Shown piece by piece: positions 62,251-64,000 of a DNA stretch of 64,000 nt; the first letter of the stretch is position 1, and every line of letters begins with the position of its first letter. Under the pieces are notes generated by a model. The model saw nothing but the letters and a program-made list of their open reading frames with translations. It ran no database searches and was not told the DNA's origin. Source of the DNA: Ramazzottius varieornatus (taxonomy: Eukaryota > Animalia > Tardigrada). Made by a program: the position numbers and the translations under genes. The stretch spans positions 1,229,249 through 1,293,248 of the forward strand of contig BDGG01000005.1 in assembly GCA_001949185.1 (NCBI GenBank), given 5' to 3'.

Positions 62251-63063
62251 TTTGATGTACACCAGAATGGATAACACTGGTAAACTTCAGACGACAGCCG
62301 TGGTCTCGTGGCGAGGTGCGGGCCTGGCCCGAGACCGCTTACATCCGCATTAAGCCCCAACCGTCTTAGCAACCATGGGCGTATACTGCAAGAACAAAAC
62401 AACAATCAACAGAGAAATCATTTGCATTGGACATTCTTTCGGATGTTTTACCAAGGAACCTGTGCAAGTCCCATTGTTCCGCATGACAGAAACCTCCACG
62501 TGCCAGTCAGACTAGAACTCGTAATATCAGCACAAGTCCTGTGGCTCGTTTGCTTGGGAACTTCTGAAAATAACAACCTGTAAACAGTATCAGCATATTG
62601 ATACAAAAGGCGAAGTTCCGTGAACGAATCGGAAACGCTACATCAGTCGGATTCAGGTTTGCTCTTACGCTTATCCTTTCAACGGTGGCTTCCCGCAGTT
62701 GTTCACGCTCAGATTTCCGCCACCGTGGCACTTTTCCCGGTAAACGCCATGCACATGGAGAATGCTACTGTATGAGCCAGATTAAAGTGGTTAGAAAAAT
62801 GAAGGATGGTGAAACACAACTCGCAAATAATTTCTTTCAAGCGTGATGTAAGATGGAAATGTTACCTGCTCTTGAACGTTCCGCCAGGAAATTCTTTAGC
62901 CGGAAGTCGAACGAAAATGCCTTTGTATGACCACATCAGAGCCTGTATGACCATTGACTTTCCCTCTGAAAAATCGGAGAAGCTCATTTTCGGCATTCCC
63001 TTTCTGCTGCGCTATTGCTTGCCTGAAGTCATTTCATATTGGAAGAAAGTCCTATCCAGCATC

Positions 63064-63992
63064 ATGACTATCTCATACCAGCTGAGTGTTGCAAATGCCA
63101 CCTTTGCCGGGTTCTTCAAGCTACTCGCTCGATGGAAAGGGAGTGTCTACAAACTGATGTTCAAGGAGCTCCTCGTCTTTTCTTTCCTGTATGCTTTCGT
63201 CAGTGCCATTTATAGATTTGTCCTAGAGGACGGACAAAAAAGGTAAGATACTCTGCCCAGACTATGCGTGAAACCATTTGGACAGTGTTCGAGTTTTTCT
63301 ATCAGGTACTTCGAAAAATTCTGCATCCATATCGAAGAGACCATCACACATGTACCGCTCACCTTCGTTCTGGGATTCTATGTCACGTTTGTAGTATCCC
63401 GATGGTGGGAGCAACTAAACAGTTATCCTTGGCCAGATCGGTACTCGAGCAAACTTTGTTTTCATCTCGAGAGATAGTGTACATTTCTCTACCGTCTATT
63501 TACATCTATTCCGTTGTCCAGGATGATTTTACTGATTGTGCACCATGTGAGCGGGCTGGACGAACGATCCCGAATGCTAAGGTTCGTTTCCATCCACAAA
63601 TGACAACTCATTTGTCTCAGATAATTTCCAGTGAAAGTTTGTATAGACGGACGTTGGTGAGGTACCTAAATGCCTCCATCATTCTTCTCACAAGGACCAT
63701 CAGCGTAGTCACGAAGAAACGGTTCCCATCGGTCGAGCATCTGGTAGATGCCGGCTTGCTGACCAAGGAAGAGATGGCACTGTACGACAAACTCGAGCTG
63801 CAGTACGGAAAGTTCTGGGTTCCACTTGTTTGGTTTTCCCGCCTGCTTGAACAAGGAAGGGCGGAAGGCTTGATCAAAGACGCATCTGGGGTGGCCGTCA
63901 AGCAGATCTTGGATGAGTTGCTAGTCTTCCGGTCCTTGCTCGGAAAGATGTTCATGTATGACTGGGTCAGCATTCCCGTCAGCTACACACAG
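63064..63992 (+). CDS. Bestrophin chloride channel, 5' part (runs off window)
   Basis: MTISYQ..FFKLLARWKGSVYKL, PLTFVLGFYVTFVVSRWW, PWPD, RRTLVRY, KRFPS, KFWVP, YDWVSIPVSYTQ. Confidence 0.95.
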
Positions 63993-64000
63993 GTAAGCAT

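Overview
Eukaryotic DNA from a compact-genome invertebrate animal: GT-AG introns mostly about 55-80 nt, dense genes. A tardigrade-like genome is plausible but cannot be established here. Spliced genes in order: 3' part of beta-heavy spectrin (+), U2AF1 (-), a degenerate tyrosine-kinase remnant (+), an uncharacterised signal-peptide/GPI-type protein with a PrP/Shadoo-like layout (+), a DEDH Argonaute (-), USP34 (+, hosting tRNA-Arg(ACG), a tRNA-like relic and a U1 snRNA in introns), a PR/SET (PRDM-type) gene lacking C2H2 fingers (-), an effector-type caspase (+), an IGFBP-domain Cys-rich secreted protein (+), CFAP20 (-) and the 5' part of a bestrophin (+). Two TE islands (about 9.7-15.4 kb and 22.8-33.2 kb) each lie between head-to-head genes. 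They hold a CRE-like retrotransposon fragment, MITEs, two hAT-type elements with 8-bp TSDs, a dead two-gene PIF/Harbinger, and an intron-containing DD34E Tc1 element carrying an actin fragment. The most striking unexplained structure is a family of about 110-120 bp palindromes (core CAAGTGGCGCAC-N19-25-GTGCGCCACTTG) at 13 or more sites, all in introns of six genes, plus two other intron-only hairpin families. Exon boundaries were inferred by eye and no database search was run.
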